This document shows, piece by piece, positions 1 through 9,480 of a stretch of DNA of 40,311 bases. Where the stretch lies: UHGV virus genome UHGV-1329780. One strand, written 5' to 3'. The DNA comes from a virus. The stretch's first letter is position 1, and each line of letters starts with the position of its first letter. The notes under the pieces were generated by a model that searched no databases, had not been told where the DNA came from, and saw only the letters and a list, made by a program, of their open reading frames with translations. The translations under genes and the position numbers were made by a program.

Positions 1-2184
1 CACGCCTTTTTTCGCCATCACACCAGCGTAATAATCCTTTGCGATCTCGTATGCCATTGATGCGCCCTGAGCGTCACCAGCAAATGCATCCTTCACCATG
101 TCAGAAAACTCAAGGCGAAGATCAGCATCTTTAGGCATCGGAATACCTTTCGCATCATCAGTACCTTTACGAGCCGCCGCGCCAGCAAGAATTGTCTGCG
201 CAGCGGTTTCAGGAGACACGGAAACATCCGGATTAAACCAGTTTTTTTCTGCCAAAATACCACCAGGCTTATCCATCAGTATCCCGGCAACGGCAGCAGA
301 TGGAGCGTTGGCACTGATCTGCTGTAGTGCTGACATATACACCTGCCCACCACCAGTGCTCTGCCTGATGGTATCGAGATATGCTGCCTGTTGGGAAACT
401 GGAGCATCACGAAAGAAAACACCGATCTGATTGGCCTCGTCTTTGGAAAAGAACGTCAGTGGAGTGCCATATGACTTAGCAAGGTCACTGACCTGAGCGG
501 CACGCAAGGCAACGCTCTGTCCAAAGTTATCCTTATTGCTCATGTCGATAGGCTTTGCCTGTCCGGAGGCAAGAGAGAACTGCACAGGATCCGACTGCCG
601 CTGCTTTATCACCTGATTTGCAGCCGAAACAACGTTGTCATAAAGAGTTGCGCGTGCCGCATACCCCTCCCCTGTATCACCAGTATCCGGGCGTAATTGC
701 TCAACATATGCTGTAATGCTGCTTGTCGGCATGTTGCGGAAAGAGCCTATATACTGTCCGGCGATCTGCGTATTCTTAAACTCGGTATATCGCAGGTTTC
801 CTTCTCTGACTCCATAAGCTGCAATAAAATCATCCTCACCAGGTGGGTTAGGAAATTCAATGCCACGCATATACGCAGCCGTCGCATCGCGAACCCGGCT
901 GTCGAGCATCGTTTTATATTCAGCCTGCTGTTGTCTGGCTAGTGCATCAGTCTGTCGCAACACGCTGGCCTGATCTGATTCACTTAAAGCATCGAACCAG
1001 GCTACACCGGTATAACGTTTATTTTTTGTCGGTAGCTGAGAAAGCCCCAGCGCAGCACTAACACCTGCAGTTAACTGCTGATCACTGTATGGCTGGCTAC
1101 CGTTTTCATGATGGATAATGGCTGCACAAAGCGCCTTCAGGGTATCAGGATTTGATGCATCGAGAGGCTCATCAGCAGAAACGCCAAGTTGTTCGCACAC
1201 TGCTTTGATATACGACATAGTGTCATTTTTATCAGTAGGCGGTGCCCAGCGATTAATTATCTCGCTGACGGTATCAATACCCTGCCGCTGATACGACATC
1301 AGGTTCCGCCCTAATGCACGAATACCGTGTTCAGGGGTTTCGAATTTGGCAAAGCGACCATCATCACCAGTCTGCCCAACCCACGGATTAGTTTTGCTGT
1401 ATTCAAGATTGCCGGGGTTATTGTTGCGTATACCGCGGGTACGATCGGAAGAGCCACTATCTGCTACAGCACGGCGAGAACCAGCAGCAGTATCGCTTAA
1501 CTCGCCGTTTTGCTGTCTTACCTGAAGATAGTTTGCTCCAATAGCATTTTGAGCAGTTGCTTTTGCTGTTGCTTCTTTAAACTCGATTTTCTTGGCCTGG
1601 ATTTGCTCGTCACTCCAGCCATGTGCAATGCCGTAATCCTCAATTTGCTGGAAAGTTTGCTTATTAGCCAATACGTATGCGGCGTTGTCGCCATACAATG
1701 CTGCGGCATTTTTACCATTGTTCAGCAGCGTAGCCTGAAACTGGCCTTCTTCGTAGGCATTTATTTGCCCTATCTCGTGCCGCCCGGCCTGCGTAGTGAA
1801 CTGAATGCGCTGCTGCTGCGCCTGCTGCATGAAAGCATTACGAGCCTGTTCATCCGGCAGCGACATAGCCAGTTGTTCGACCTGAGCATCAAACTGCTGC
1901 GTATACTCCTGACCTTTTCCAATAGCATTTTTCCCTTTCAGGTTAAGCAAACCTGTTTCAGGGTTATTCAGCAGATCGCTGCTTATCTGGCTTAAGCTAA
2001 GAGAAGCATCCTGAGCCATAGCAACATTCGCACGCTGTTTTGCCTGCGCAATAATACCTGCATATTGCTCTGCAACATCGCCAAGTACATCACCGACATT
2101 TGGTGTCTGAAACGATGAGAATCCCTGCGTCGAAATCCCTCTGCTCTGAACCTGACGGCCCGATGTTGTTGGTACAACTGGCAT
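1..2184 (-). CDS. Internal virion (ejection/core) protein, N-terminal ~728 codons; 3' end runs off the window start
   Basis: Uninterrupted minus-strand frame from ATG at 2182-2184 (AAGGGG RBS upstream) to position 1, not listed in the ORF track because it has no in-window stop. Conserved-looking block TRGIRNNNPGNLEYSKTNPW at about 1381-1440. Sits after two small internal proteins in a podovirus-like core module. Confidence 0.6.
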   Translation of the reverse strand, partial: MPVVPTTSGRQVQSRGISTQGFSSFQTPNVGDVLGDVAEQYAGIIAQAKQRANVAMAQDASLSLSQISSDLLNNPETGLLNLKGKNAIGKGQEYTQQFDAQVEQLAMSLPDEQARNAFMQQAQQQRIQFTTQAGRHEIGQINAYEEGQFQATLLNNGKNAAALYGDNAAYVLANKQTFQQIEDYGIAHGWSDEQIQAKKIEFKEATAKATAQNAIGANYLQVRQQNGELSDTAAGSRRAVADSGSSDRTRGIRNNNPGNLEYSKTNPWVGQTGDDGRFAKFETPEHGIRALGRNLMSYQRQGIDTVSEIINRWAPPTDKNDTMSYIKAVCEQLGVSADEPLDASNPDTLKALCAAIIHHENGSQPYSDQQLTAGVSAALGLSQLPTKNKRYTGVAWFDALSESDQASVLRQTDALARQQQAEYKTMLDSRVRDATAAYMRGIEFPNPPGEDDFIAAYGVREGNLRYTEFKNTQIAGQYIGSFRNMPTSSITAYVEQLRPDTGDTGEGYAARATLYDNVVSAANQVIKQRQSDPVQFSLASGQAKPIDMSNKDNFGQSVALRAAQVSDLAKSYGTPLTFFSKDEANQIGVFFRDAPVSQQAAYLDTIRQSTGGGQVYMSALQQISANAPSAAVAGILMDKPGGILAEKNWFNPDVSVSPETAAQTILAGAAARKGTDDAKGIPMPKDADLRLEFSDMVKDAFAGDAQGASMAYEIAKDYYAGVMAKKGV

Positions 2185-2196
2185 CTTATTATCCCC

Positions 2197-2736
2197 TTAT
2201 CGACCGGTTGGAGTGCCAACAGCAGCAGAAATCGGCGCAGCCTTCTGAGAGAACGGGCTCCACGTTCCGCCGCCCATCTGGTATGCGCCGTATGCTTTTA
2301 GTGGTGCCGTTAACAAAGTGCTGGTCATCGATGATTTAGCAGCCGACTGAGCAGCAGCCCCCTGTGCCTGAGCATTCATTCCCTGAACCTGATACCCATA
2401 TGCCTCACGCTGAGCATTATTCACTGTCGTTAACGCATCAAGAGTGCCGAACTGAGCATTATCCGCAAAAACGTCAAGAGCTGTTCCGCTACTTAATTCC
2501 GCACCGGTAGCCCCCATAGTGGCCGCCGCAGTGCCTGAGCGTTGACGCATTTCACGACGACGCTGATCCGCTTCAATATTCCCACGATTGATTGAATCCT
2601 GTGCCTGAGCTTCAGCAATTTCAGCATTCCGATCAGCTATGGCTGACTGGTATTTTGCCTGCTTGCTCTGGCTGTACATTGACGCGGCTGTGGATGCCAC
2701 TGTGACGGCAACCAAAGCGATGGCTGGGTTACACAT
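2197..2736 (-). CDS. Small internal virion protein with N-terminal hydrophobic segment
   Basis: 179 aa; GGAGAG RBS; TAATG overlap with the upstream gene; N-terminal AIALVAVTVASTAA hydrophobic stretch and Ala/Gln-rich body; position equivalent to T7 gp14. Confidence 0.45.
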   Translation of the reverse strand: MCNPAIALVAVTVASTAASMYSQSKQAKYQSAIADRNAEIAEAQAQDSINRGNIEADQRRREMRQRSGTAAATMGATGAELSSGTALDVFADNAQFGTLDALTTVNNAQREAYGYQVQGMNAQAQGAAAQSAAKSSMTSTLLTAPLKAYGAYQMGGGTWSPFSQKAAPISAAVGTPTGR

Positions 2737-3200
2737 TATTTTCTCTCCATGTGAAATCTGTGGAAATTAAGACCAAGAGCACCATAAGGCGCGGCTTCTT
2801 CAAGCCTGAATCCAAGCCAGTGCAGCCATGCTTTGGCAACATGGTTTCGCTCGTCGACGTAGTTTTCCAGGCGCGGATAAACTGCCAGCATCTGCTGCAA
2901 TACAGGGCGGCAGTGGCGAAGAAATGTCTTCTGATATTTTTCAATACGGCTGGTTCCTACCAGCCAGGGCGTACCATTGCCACCGATCATTGACGCCGGA
3001 GATACGCCAAACATGGTTACCAGTTCTCCGTTCGCAAATCCTGACCAGGCCATAGTCGCAGTACGCAGACCAACACGCAGCGCATCTTCGGTAGTCATCA
3101 GTGATACCGCATACAGTTCGTCAATATCAGCCTGACGAACATCCGGCAAAATCATCTGAAGATGCTCTTCGGTTGCGGGAATAATTTGAACATCAATCAT
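2736..3200 (-). CDS. Virion/assembly protein of unknown function
   Basis: 154 aa; start codon overlaps the stop of the 823-aa gene (translational coupling) inside the structural operon. Confidence 0.4.
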   Translation of the reverse strand: MIDVQIIPATEEHLQMILPDVRQADIDELYAVSLMTTEDALRVGLRTATMAWSGFANGELVTMFGVSPASMIGGNGTPWLVGTSRIEKYQKTFLRHCRPVLQQMLAVYPRLENYVDERNHVAKAWLHWLGFRLEEAAPYGALGLNFHRFHMERK

Positions 3201-5671
3201 CAGAACCCACCAACAGTAAGGCGAGGAATAACGGCAAGAACAGACAGCGGCAACGGATCAAGCTGACGGATTTTTACACGTCCGTTTTTGCCCCAGTTAC
3301 TGTCCAGTTTCACTTCTACTTTTCCGGTAGCATCATCAACAGGATCATCGTAGAACTCGAATTCACGCTGTGGATATTCGTACCATTTACCGCCGGGCGT
3401 AGTCGCCCAGATGCCGCGACTGGCATTCACAACCAGAGTAACGGACGGGATCACCTGTTTTTTGTCCAGCAGCGTTTCCTGTCCGTTAATGTTGATATCC
3501 AGTGTTTCGAATTCAGCAGTTATTGGCAGGCCGATGTGCACAACAGCCCCCGGTGATTCCAGCGTGACGGCACCTCCGGAAACCACTTTTTGTGGTTCCA
3601 CGTTCGCATCAGAGAGGATGTTTACGGTCTGGCCTTCAAGATGAGACAAGCCGCCAAATGTCCGGCGCGCCATCTGCCAGTTCGTGGTGGCCACATTCCT
3701 GAGGGATGGCGGGACGTTCCTGTTAGCACGAACCACTACTGCGGTATTGCTGGTTACAGAAATAATGTCGCAACGTAATTCTTTTGACACTTCATCGCCA
3801 GTATCAGGATCAGCTCCGGTATAAGGGAACTGTAGTTGCGCACCAACATCACTACTGGTGAAGTACGCACCACCAGAAACACTGATTGTATATTCCGCGT
3901 GGTAATCCCATTCACCAGAACCACCAGTGATGGTCATCGTTCTGTCAGACGTATTTCTTCCATCATAGCTAAGGCCAGAATCAACAAAGAAAGCATCTTC
4001 ATCGCTGGTAAATAAACGGCTGGACAGTCTCTCGATGTATCTCACTGTTTGCCCGTTAACGGTTCTGTTAACGACGAAATACACCGCATCTTCATTGCCT
4101 TCGCTGATACTGCATGTGCTTTCATATTTTCCGGTACTGGATTGTGGTGCCCATGCAAAAACCTGCTGATCACGCAAATAGGTCATCACCAGTAATTTAC
4201 CGTCATCACGAATGCAGAAGGCACTGGAGTAAGGGACAATCGAGAAGCACCAGTCAACAATGCTGTGCTTCTGAAAAAGATGATTGGCAAGGATAGTAAG
4301 GTCGTTCCCCTGATAGCCGTCAACATCGAATGAATAGGCCAGATCACGGACAACACTGCCTTTCTCCTGGACGAACAGAGCAATATTCGCCACGGCAATT
4401 GGTGGGACATTGCTCGAGCCATTTGATCCCTGAGAGCTGAATGCAAATGATGATGGGGTTAACACTTTGTTCTGGTCGCCGGTGATGACGTACTCACCTC
4501 CGGAAGTCAGCGCCACCAGAGAACCAACATCAATCAGGTGGCGGATCTCATTAACCTGACGCCCGGCATAGGTGTAGATAATTCTGTCGTCATCCTGCGT
4601 AGGATTGCTTTTGCCAAAATCCTTATAATCCCCGGTACGGCTGGCCCAGATAGTCTGAGGGAACGCAGTCGATGCGGCGAAGTAAAGACGCTGTTGATAA
4701 TAAACAACAGTGCCAGGATAACCATTAACACTGTTCCAGGCATATTTAGCCCATTTATAGCTGGCATTATCCTCGCCAACGACCTGCGAAGGGATATAGG
4801 AAATCACCTCAGCAGTTGCAGTAGTGCCATTTACAGCAGTTATACGGGCAATGCCAAAACCACTGTGCAGATACTCCCACTCAATACCAGTATCATCATC
4901 ACCGGAGCCGCCCCAGCCATCCCATGATGTGCCTTCTGTATGCGAAGGGCGCAAAGTGCCTGTTTTGCCTGCTGTAACGGCGCGATAGTAGTTACTGTCT
5001 GCACGGCGAATATCGCCAATCGACGTACTCTTACTGGTTTCCCATACCGGTACTGAATCCACTGCTGGCTGTTCCAGATAGAACAATTTGCCTACCTGCT
5101 CCGCGCCAAAAATAGAGGCGCTTGCCGTTAACGTAATTGTCCCGGTGCTGGCGCTGGCATAAACCGTCACTGACTCGTCAATATTGATATCTTCAAATGG
5201 CCCGTTCTTCGTTACCACATCAACCAGTTGCCAGTTGTCATGCGCATAGCGGCGCAACTCTTTCGGCGGGTATGCCGGATGAACCAGCGTAAGCACGTCT
5301 GCGCTTTGCGTGAATTTAATTCTGAACAGATCGGCTTCAGTATATGGCGTGGCAATTTCATAAATAACATTGCTGCTGTTCAGCACCAACGCACCATCTT
5401 TGATAACGCGCATGTACTGGTGTCCGAACTCCAGAGCATAAGTCTGAACCGTCGAGAACTGGAACGGGATCAGGCGGCATTTCCGATTTGGGTATTTGGC
5501 GGCACCGACAAAACGCGTACCAGGTCGATTCTCAACGCCGCCATACTGCCGCACGATAAAGTTATCGCACTTGCGCAATGCCACCTGGTACTTCGCCATG
5601 TCGATACGTCCGTACAACGACGGTCCAATCTCACCACCAGCAAAGCTGGGCTGGATCCAACTGATAGCCAT
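3200..5671 (-). CDS. Tail nozzle / tail tubular protein B-like protein
   Basis: 823 aa, directly downstream of the adaptor-like gene; size and position match the T7 gp12-class nozzle protein. Assignment is by synteny and size, not motif. Confidence 0.5.
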   Translation of the reverse strand: MAISWIQPSFAGGEIGPSLYGRIDMAKYQVALRKCDNFIVRQYGGVENRPGTRFVGAAKYPNRKCRLIPFQFSTVQTYALEFGHQYMRVIKDGALVLNSSNVIYEIATPYTEADLFRIKFTQSADVLTLVHPAYPPKELRRYAHDNWQLVDVVTKNGPFEDINIDESVTVYASASTGTITLTASASIFGAEQVGKLFYLEQPAVDSVPVWETSKSTSIGDIRRADSNYYRAVTAGKTGTLRPSHTEGTSWDGWGGSGDDDTGIEWEYLHSGFGIARITAVNGTTATAEVISYIPSQVVGEDNASYKWAKYAWNSVNGYPGTVVYYQQRLYFAASTAFPQTIWASRTGDYKDFGKSNPTQDDDRIIYTYAGRQVNEIRHLIDVGSLVALTSGGEYVITGDQNKVLTPSSFAFSSQGSNGSSNVPPIAVANIALFVQEKGSVVRDLAYSFDVDGYQGNDLTILANHLFQKHSIVDWCFSIVPYSSAFCIRDDGKLLVMTYLRDQQVFAWAPQSSTGKYESTCSISEGNEDAVYFVVNRTVNGQTVRYIERLSSRLFTSDEDAFFVDSGLSYDGRNTSDRTMTITGGSGEWDYHAEYTISVSGGAYFTSSDVGAQLQFPYTGADPDTGDEVSKELRCDIISVTSNTAVVVRANRNVPPSLRNVATTNWQMARRTFGGLSHLEGQTVNILSDANVEPQKVVSGGAVTLESPGAVVHIGLPITAEFETLDININGQETLLDKKQVIPSVTLVVNASRGIWATTPGGKWYEYPQREFEFYDDPVDDATGKVEVKLDSNWGKNGRVKIRQLDPLPLSVLAVIPRLTVGGF

Positions 5672-6276
5672 CAGGACAACCTCGCAATGGTAAACTCATC
5701 AACCGGTGGCTGAGGTTCCTGTGATTCATTCTGGCTATGCGAGCCAGCACTAAGAATCACGCGATTGTACATATTGAGGGCAAACGTACCGAGGTCTGCA
5801 TTCCCAGTCAGCGCCATGTTAATAGCTGCCGCAAGACGCCAGGCCAACGCCTCCATAAAAATGGCATCAAACATGTTCACATCTGAAACGCGAGAGACAT
5901 ACTTGAGCCATGCCTGCGGCTGGTCTGTGTAGATCAATTTTCCTGTTCCGTTGGTGTCTGCACCAACTTCGTACTGAACGCGCATTGCTGTTGTTGGATT
6001 GCGTACACCAGGAAGCATAATTTCAGTAATGCGCAGACAATCGGACGGGTACTGGTACGCATATTCCCAGTCAGGCGGTGGATTGTTCGTATCTGCAAGC
6101 ACCACGCGTTTGGTAGCAAAGTTCCAGTCAAAATCAGAAAGCACAGCATCACGGCAGGCCTCAAAGTGCAGTGAACATTCCCCCGCTTCCTTGCTGGCTT
6201 CCGTCAGGCTGTTAATGCTGCGGCTATTGCCAATATTGGACAGCGCACGATTGCAGATCTCTACTACAGAGGCCAT
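5671..6276 (-). CDS. Tail adaptor / tail tubular protein A-like protein
   Basis: 201 aa; N-terminal ICNRALSNIGNSRSINSLTE...DFDWNFATKR resembles by eye the T7 gp11 N-terminus ([23 protein letters not shown]...GWTFNIEE); correct position between head genes and nozzle. Confidence 0.5.
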   Translation of the reverse strand: MASVVEICNRALSNIGNSRSINSLTEASKEAGECSLHFEACRDAVLSDFDWNFATKRVVLADTNNPPPDWEYAYQYPSDCLRITEIMLPGVRNPTTAMRVQYEVGADTNGTGKLIYTDQPQAWLKYVSRVSDVNMFDAIFMEALAWRLAAAINMALTGNADLGTFALNMYNRVILSAGSHSQNESQEPQPPVDEFTIARLS

Positions 6277-6605
6277 TACTCACCCCCATTGCCGTACAGT
6301 GTTTCAGCCGCTGATTTTTCTACATCCCCGGAAACAGGAGCGATCGCCATATCAGTGATCTGCAGATCGGCGCTGCGATTAACACCATCGTCAGTTTCTC
6401 TGGCAGACAGGCCTCGAATAACAGCCTTTGCAGTTATCATCACTTCTGTTCCGACGCCCTGAGGTTGCGCCTTCAGCTTATTCAATGTGTCGTTATTAAG
6501 AGTGATGCACAGCCCCCACGGGTATTCATCGCGAGTTCTGGTTTCTCCGCTCTCATCCTGGTAGCTGTCAGTGCCGGTTTTGAGGTTTACGAGTTCCATA
6601 TACAC
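6276..6605 (-). CDS. Hypothetical structural protein
   Basis: 109 aa, coupled to the neighbouring head/tail genes. Confidence 0.4.
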   Translation of the reverse strand: MYMELVNLKTGTDSYQDESGETRTRDEYPWGLCITLNNDTLNKLKAQPQGVGTEVMITAKAVIRGLSARETDDGVNRSADLQITDMAIAPVSGDVEKSAAETLYGNGGE

Positions 6606-6649
6606 TCCTGCAATAAAGGGGCCGAAGCCCCTTGTCTGATCCGCGAGGC

Positions 6650-6994
6650 TTACACGCCCAGTTCTTTACGCTTATCTGCGATCTTCTCGCGGAGCGTTTC
6701 GGCTTTGGCGTTATGGTGTGGCTTCTCGTTAAAGAGCAATTCGTACTCTTCACGGAGCTTATCCAGTTCACCATCATCTGACACATCGTTGATGATTTTG
6801 GTGCTGGTTGCTGCCATAGACACCTTTCCTGCTACCTTTGCTTTTGCCTGTCTGGCTGCATCGTTAACAGGTTCCAGTGCGCTACCAGGCTCACCTTCGT
6901 ATTCGATTTCTGCCCCCTCCGGCCACAGTGTGTTATGGATATGAGAGAGGCGCAGAACGCGGTATCTTGGTTTCTCACCTGACATCGATATCAC
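6650..6994 (-). CDS. Hypothetical structural protein
   Basis: 114 aa, in the head module between capsid and adaptor genes. Confidence 0.4.
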   Translation of the reverse strand: MISMSGEKPRYRVLRLSHIHNTLWPEGAEIEYEGEPGSALEPVNDAARQAKAKVAGKVSMAATSTKIINDVSDDGELDKLREEYELLFNEKPHHNAKAETLREKIADKRKELGV

Positions 6995-6995
6995 C

Positions 6996-7433
6996 TTAAC
7001 CAGTTACTTTTGAGCGGATCGGGTACGGCGTATTGGCATCAACATCCAGACTGATACCCGCAGTGAATTTGCCGGCCGTTAGTGGGCCAGTTGCGACGGA
7101 GTAGTTAACACGCAGATATCGCTGAACACCGGCTGGCACCTTTGCAGAAACAACTCGCTTACCTGCTGTCAGGGTGGCCTTTGCCAACGCACCACTATCA
7201 TAAATAGTGGTCCAAGAGCTGTTATTCTCACTCGTCTGCAACTGGATGTTTACAGTTGCCTCACCACTTGCCGTGGCGGCTTCGTTAACCAGCCCCCAAA
7301 ACTCAAGCGGGTAACCCACACCGATATCGCGACGGTTTCCATCAATTGGACCGAGATCGATTACGTCAGTAGAAGCCGCGGTATCAGTTACCGCCTGAGC
7401 TTCGGAGAACATCAACAGTTTGTCGGTGATCAT
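6996..7433 (-). CDS. Putative capsid decoration / head accessory protein
   Basis: 145 aa, Thr/Ala/Gly-rich beta-like composition, immediately downstream of the major capsid gene. Confidence 0.4.
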   Translation of the reverse strand: MITDKLLMFSEAQAVTDTAASTDVIDLGPIDGNRRDIGVGYPLEFWGLVNEAATASGEATVNIQLQTSENNSSWTTIYDSGALAKATLTAGKRVVSAKVPAGVQRYLRVNYSVATGPLTAGKFTAGISLDVDANTPYPIRSKVTG

Positions 7434-7484
7434 CTTCTTTCTCCATTAGTGGGTCTGTTACGACCCACAGGTTAATAACAGGCG

Positions 7485-8477
7485 TTACACCACGCGGGCT
7501 TCTGTTTCCAGAAGCGCATCAGTTTCACGGATTGGTACACCACGGAATGAAGTCCACCACTCGCCTTCTGTCTCTTTTACGCTGATCGCCAGAGATGTTT
7601 TCTCCAGAGATTGCAGATCAAGAGCCTGTCCTACAGTGCGGTTCATGTAGAACACCGGGCGACCCATGCCACGATTTGGAATGCGATGCAGTGCTTTAAC
7701 CATCAACTTCGCAATATTTGCGGCAGAGGAAGGTTCTGAAAGATTGCTGACATCGATGTTTGCAATGCGAACAACATAACGCCAGTCACGCAGAGCAAGT
7801 CCGTTGTCCCATTTGTAATGGGTACGGTAGCCTTCGTACTTGCCGCCATTAGCATCTTCCAGTGTCACCTGGCCTTTATCTTCCATCTGAATGCCAGCCT
7901 TCTGCCCTTTCGGGAAGATGCCATGCACGGTGTTTTCGCCCCACACCACTAACCAGATTGAGGTGTTATCTGTACCCGTGCCACCAGCATCAATGATGTT
8001 CTGAGCATTACCTGCAGACAGGCTGGAATAGCGGGAGGACAGTCCCATAAACTGCTGAGGGTTAACGCTGGAATCACCATAAAACAGCGTCTGCGCCATC
8101 TGCTGATTCATCGCTTCAATAAATGCGCGGTCTTCAGACAGGCGGAATTCGGCGGTATTGCCGTTCAGATCAGCCAGTGACTTATCGACTTCAGCATAGG
8201 TTTCCAGCATGCCAACGGAATCGGTTACCTGCACTGTGGTTGATTTGCTTGGCTGTACGCCATAGTTCAGCAAACGCCAGGTAGCTGAAGGTAAACCAGA
8301 ACGAATGGTGGTTCGGTGTCCGGTAGGAAGGTTCCCTTCGACAAAAGGCATATCCTGAAGGATCGGGTTAGTTTGACCGAGAAGCTCGATAATCTTATCG
8401 ACTTTCCCGTTTGGATCGACGCGCTTACCCCAGTCAGCCAGCGTTAGCGCAGTTAAGCCTTTAACAGCCATTGTCAT
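7485..8477 (-). CDS. Major capsid protein
   Basis: 330 aa, directly downstream of the scaffold-like gene and upstream of the decoration-like gene; size typical of compact HK97-fold capsid proteins of small podoviruses. Confidence 0.6.
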   Translation of the reverse strand: MTMAVKGLTALTLADWGKRVDPNGKVDKIIELLGQTNPILQDMPFVEGNLPTGHRTTIRSGLPSATWRLLNYGVQPSKSTTVQVTDSVGMLETYAEVDKSLADLNGNTAEFRLSEDRAFIEAMNQQMAQTLFYGDSSVNPQQFMGLSSRYSSLSAGNAQNIIDAGGTGTDNTSIWLVVWGENTVHGIFPKGQKAGIQMEDKGQVTLEDANGGKYEGYRTHYKWDNGLALRDWRYVVRIANIDVSNLSEPSSAANIAKLMVKALHRIPNRGMGRPVFYMNRTVGQALDLQSLEKTSLAISVKETEGEWWTSFRGVPIRETDALLETEARVV

Positions 8478-8485
8478 TTCCTCTC

Positions 8486-9187
8486 TTATTTGCCATAGAG
8501 CACTTCGGCCGCACTACGCTGGCCTTCATTACCACCGGTGACCATGCCATCTTCAGACATCGCCTTTCCGATTTTCACGAACGTTTTGACCAGATCAGGG
8601 TGATTACCCAGCCCGGTGGTGTTCAGATATTCTTTGAGTTCAGGTGTCCCGAACTGGTCAAGCGCACGCTGTGCGGCGCTAAGGTTAGAAATCAACTTGT
8701 CGCCACCGATTTCTTTGTCAGCTTTTACATCAGCAGCCCACTGCTCGGTTGTTTTCTGCCAGGCTTCTGCCTGGCGCTGCTGCACACCTGCCAGAATCTT
8801 CGGATAAGCATCAACCAGCTTTTGCGCTTGCTCGTTGGTCAGGTTAAGTTCTCGCGCCACCGGCTCGAACTCCTTCAGCGCTTCTGTATCCAGCTCTACG
8901 CCTTCGGCAGCCTGAAACTCGTACTTCTCAGGCGCACCCTCTGGTTTATCGCCGTCCTTTTTTTCATCCTGCTTATCGTTTTCAGGATTTTTGTCATCAG
9001 CAGGTTTATCGCCATCAGCAACAGGTTGTGGCTTATCACCTTCCTGTTGTGATGGATCACCAACTGGAGCAGGGTTATCACCTGCAGGTGCTGACGGTTC
9101 TGACGCAGCCGGAGCTGCTCCACCATCGACTGGTTGCTCATTGCAAAGACGGCGATACAGCAAACGCTCAAATAAATTCATGATCAC
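8486..9187 (-). CDS. Scaffolding protein
   Basis: 233 aa, strongly acidic with a Pro/Ala/Asp/Lys-rich low-complexity N-terminal half and helical C-terminal half; lies between portal and capsid genes. Confidence 0.55.
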   Translation of the reverse strand: MIMNLFERLLYRRLCNEQPVDGGAAPAASEPSAPAGDNPAPVGDPSQQEGDKPQPVADGDKPADDKNPENDKQDEKKDGDKPEGAPEKYEFQAAEGVELDTEALKEFEPVARELNLTNEQAQKLVDAYPKILAGVQQRQAEAWQKTTEQWAADVKADKEIGGDKLISNLSAAQRALDQFGTPELKEYLNTTGLGNHPDLVKTFVKIGKAMSEDGMVTGGNEGQRSAAEVLYGK

Positions 9188-9480
9188 TCCTGTTCACTGG
9201 CCTCTTTGGCCATCTTCAAATACTGTTCAGGGCAATGCGCCATAACGCGCTGAAACAGTTCCAGCGCCAGATTGCGTTGCCCCTCATTAAATGCCATTGC
9301 CATAGCGTCCATCGGTGAGATAGCGGAAAACACCCGGCCTTTCTCCAGCACAGACCAGACAACGCGACGCCCCTGTTCACTGCTCATGACAAAGCGAATG
9401 TCATCAATTTCACGCTGGGCCATGTCACGTTGCTTACGGGCGTTTTCTTCTTTCAGTTGATCATCTTCGTAATCTGTCAT
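9184..9480 (-). CDS. Hypothetical head-module protein
   Basis: 98 aa, overlaps the portal stop and the scaffold start. Confidence 0.4.
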   Translation of the reverse strand: MTDYEDDQLKEENARKQRDMAQREIDDIRFVMSSEQGRRVVWSVLEKGRVFSAISPMDAMAMAFNEGQRNLALELFQRVMAHCPEQYLKMAKEASEQE

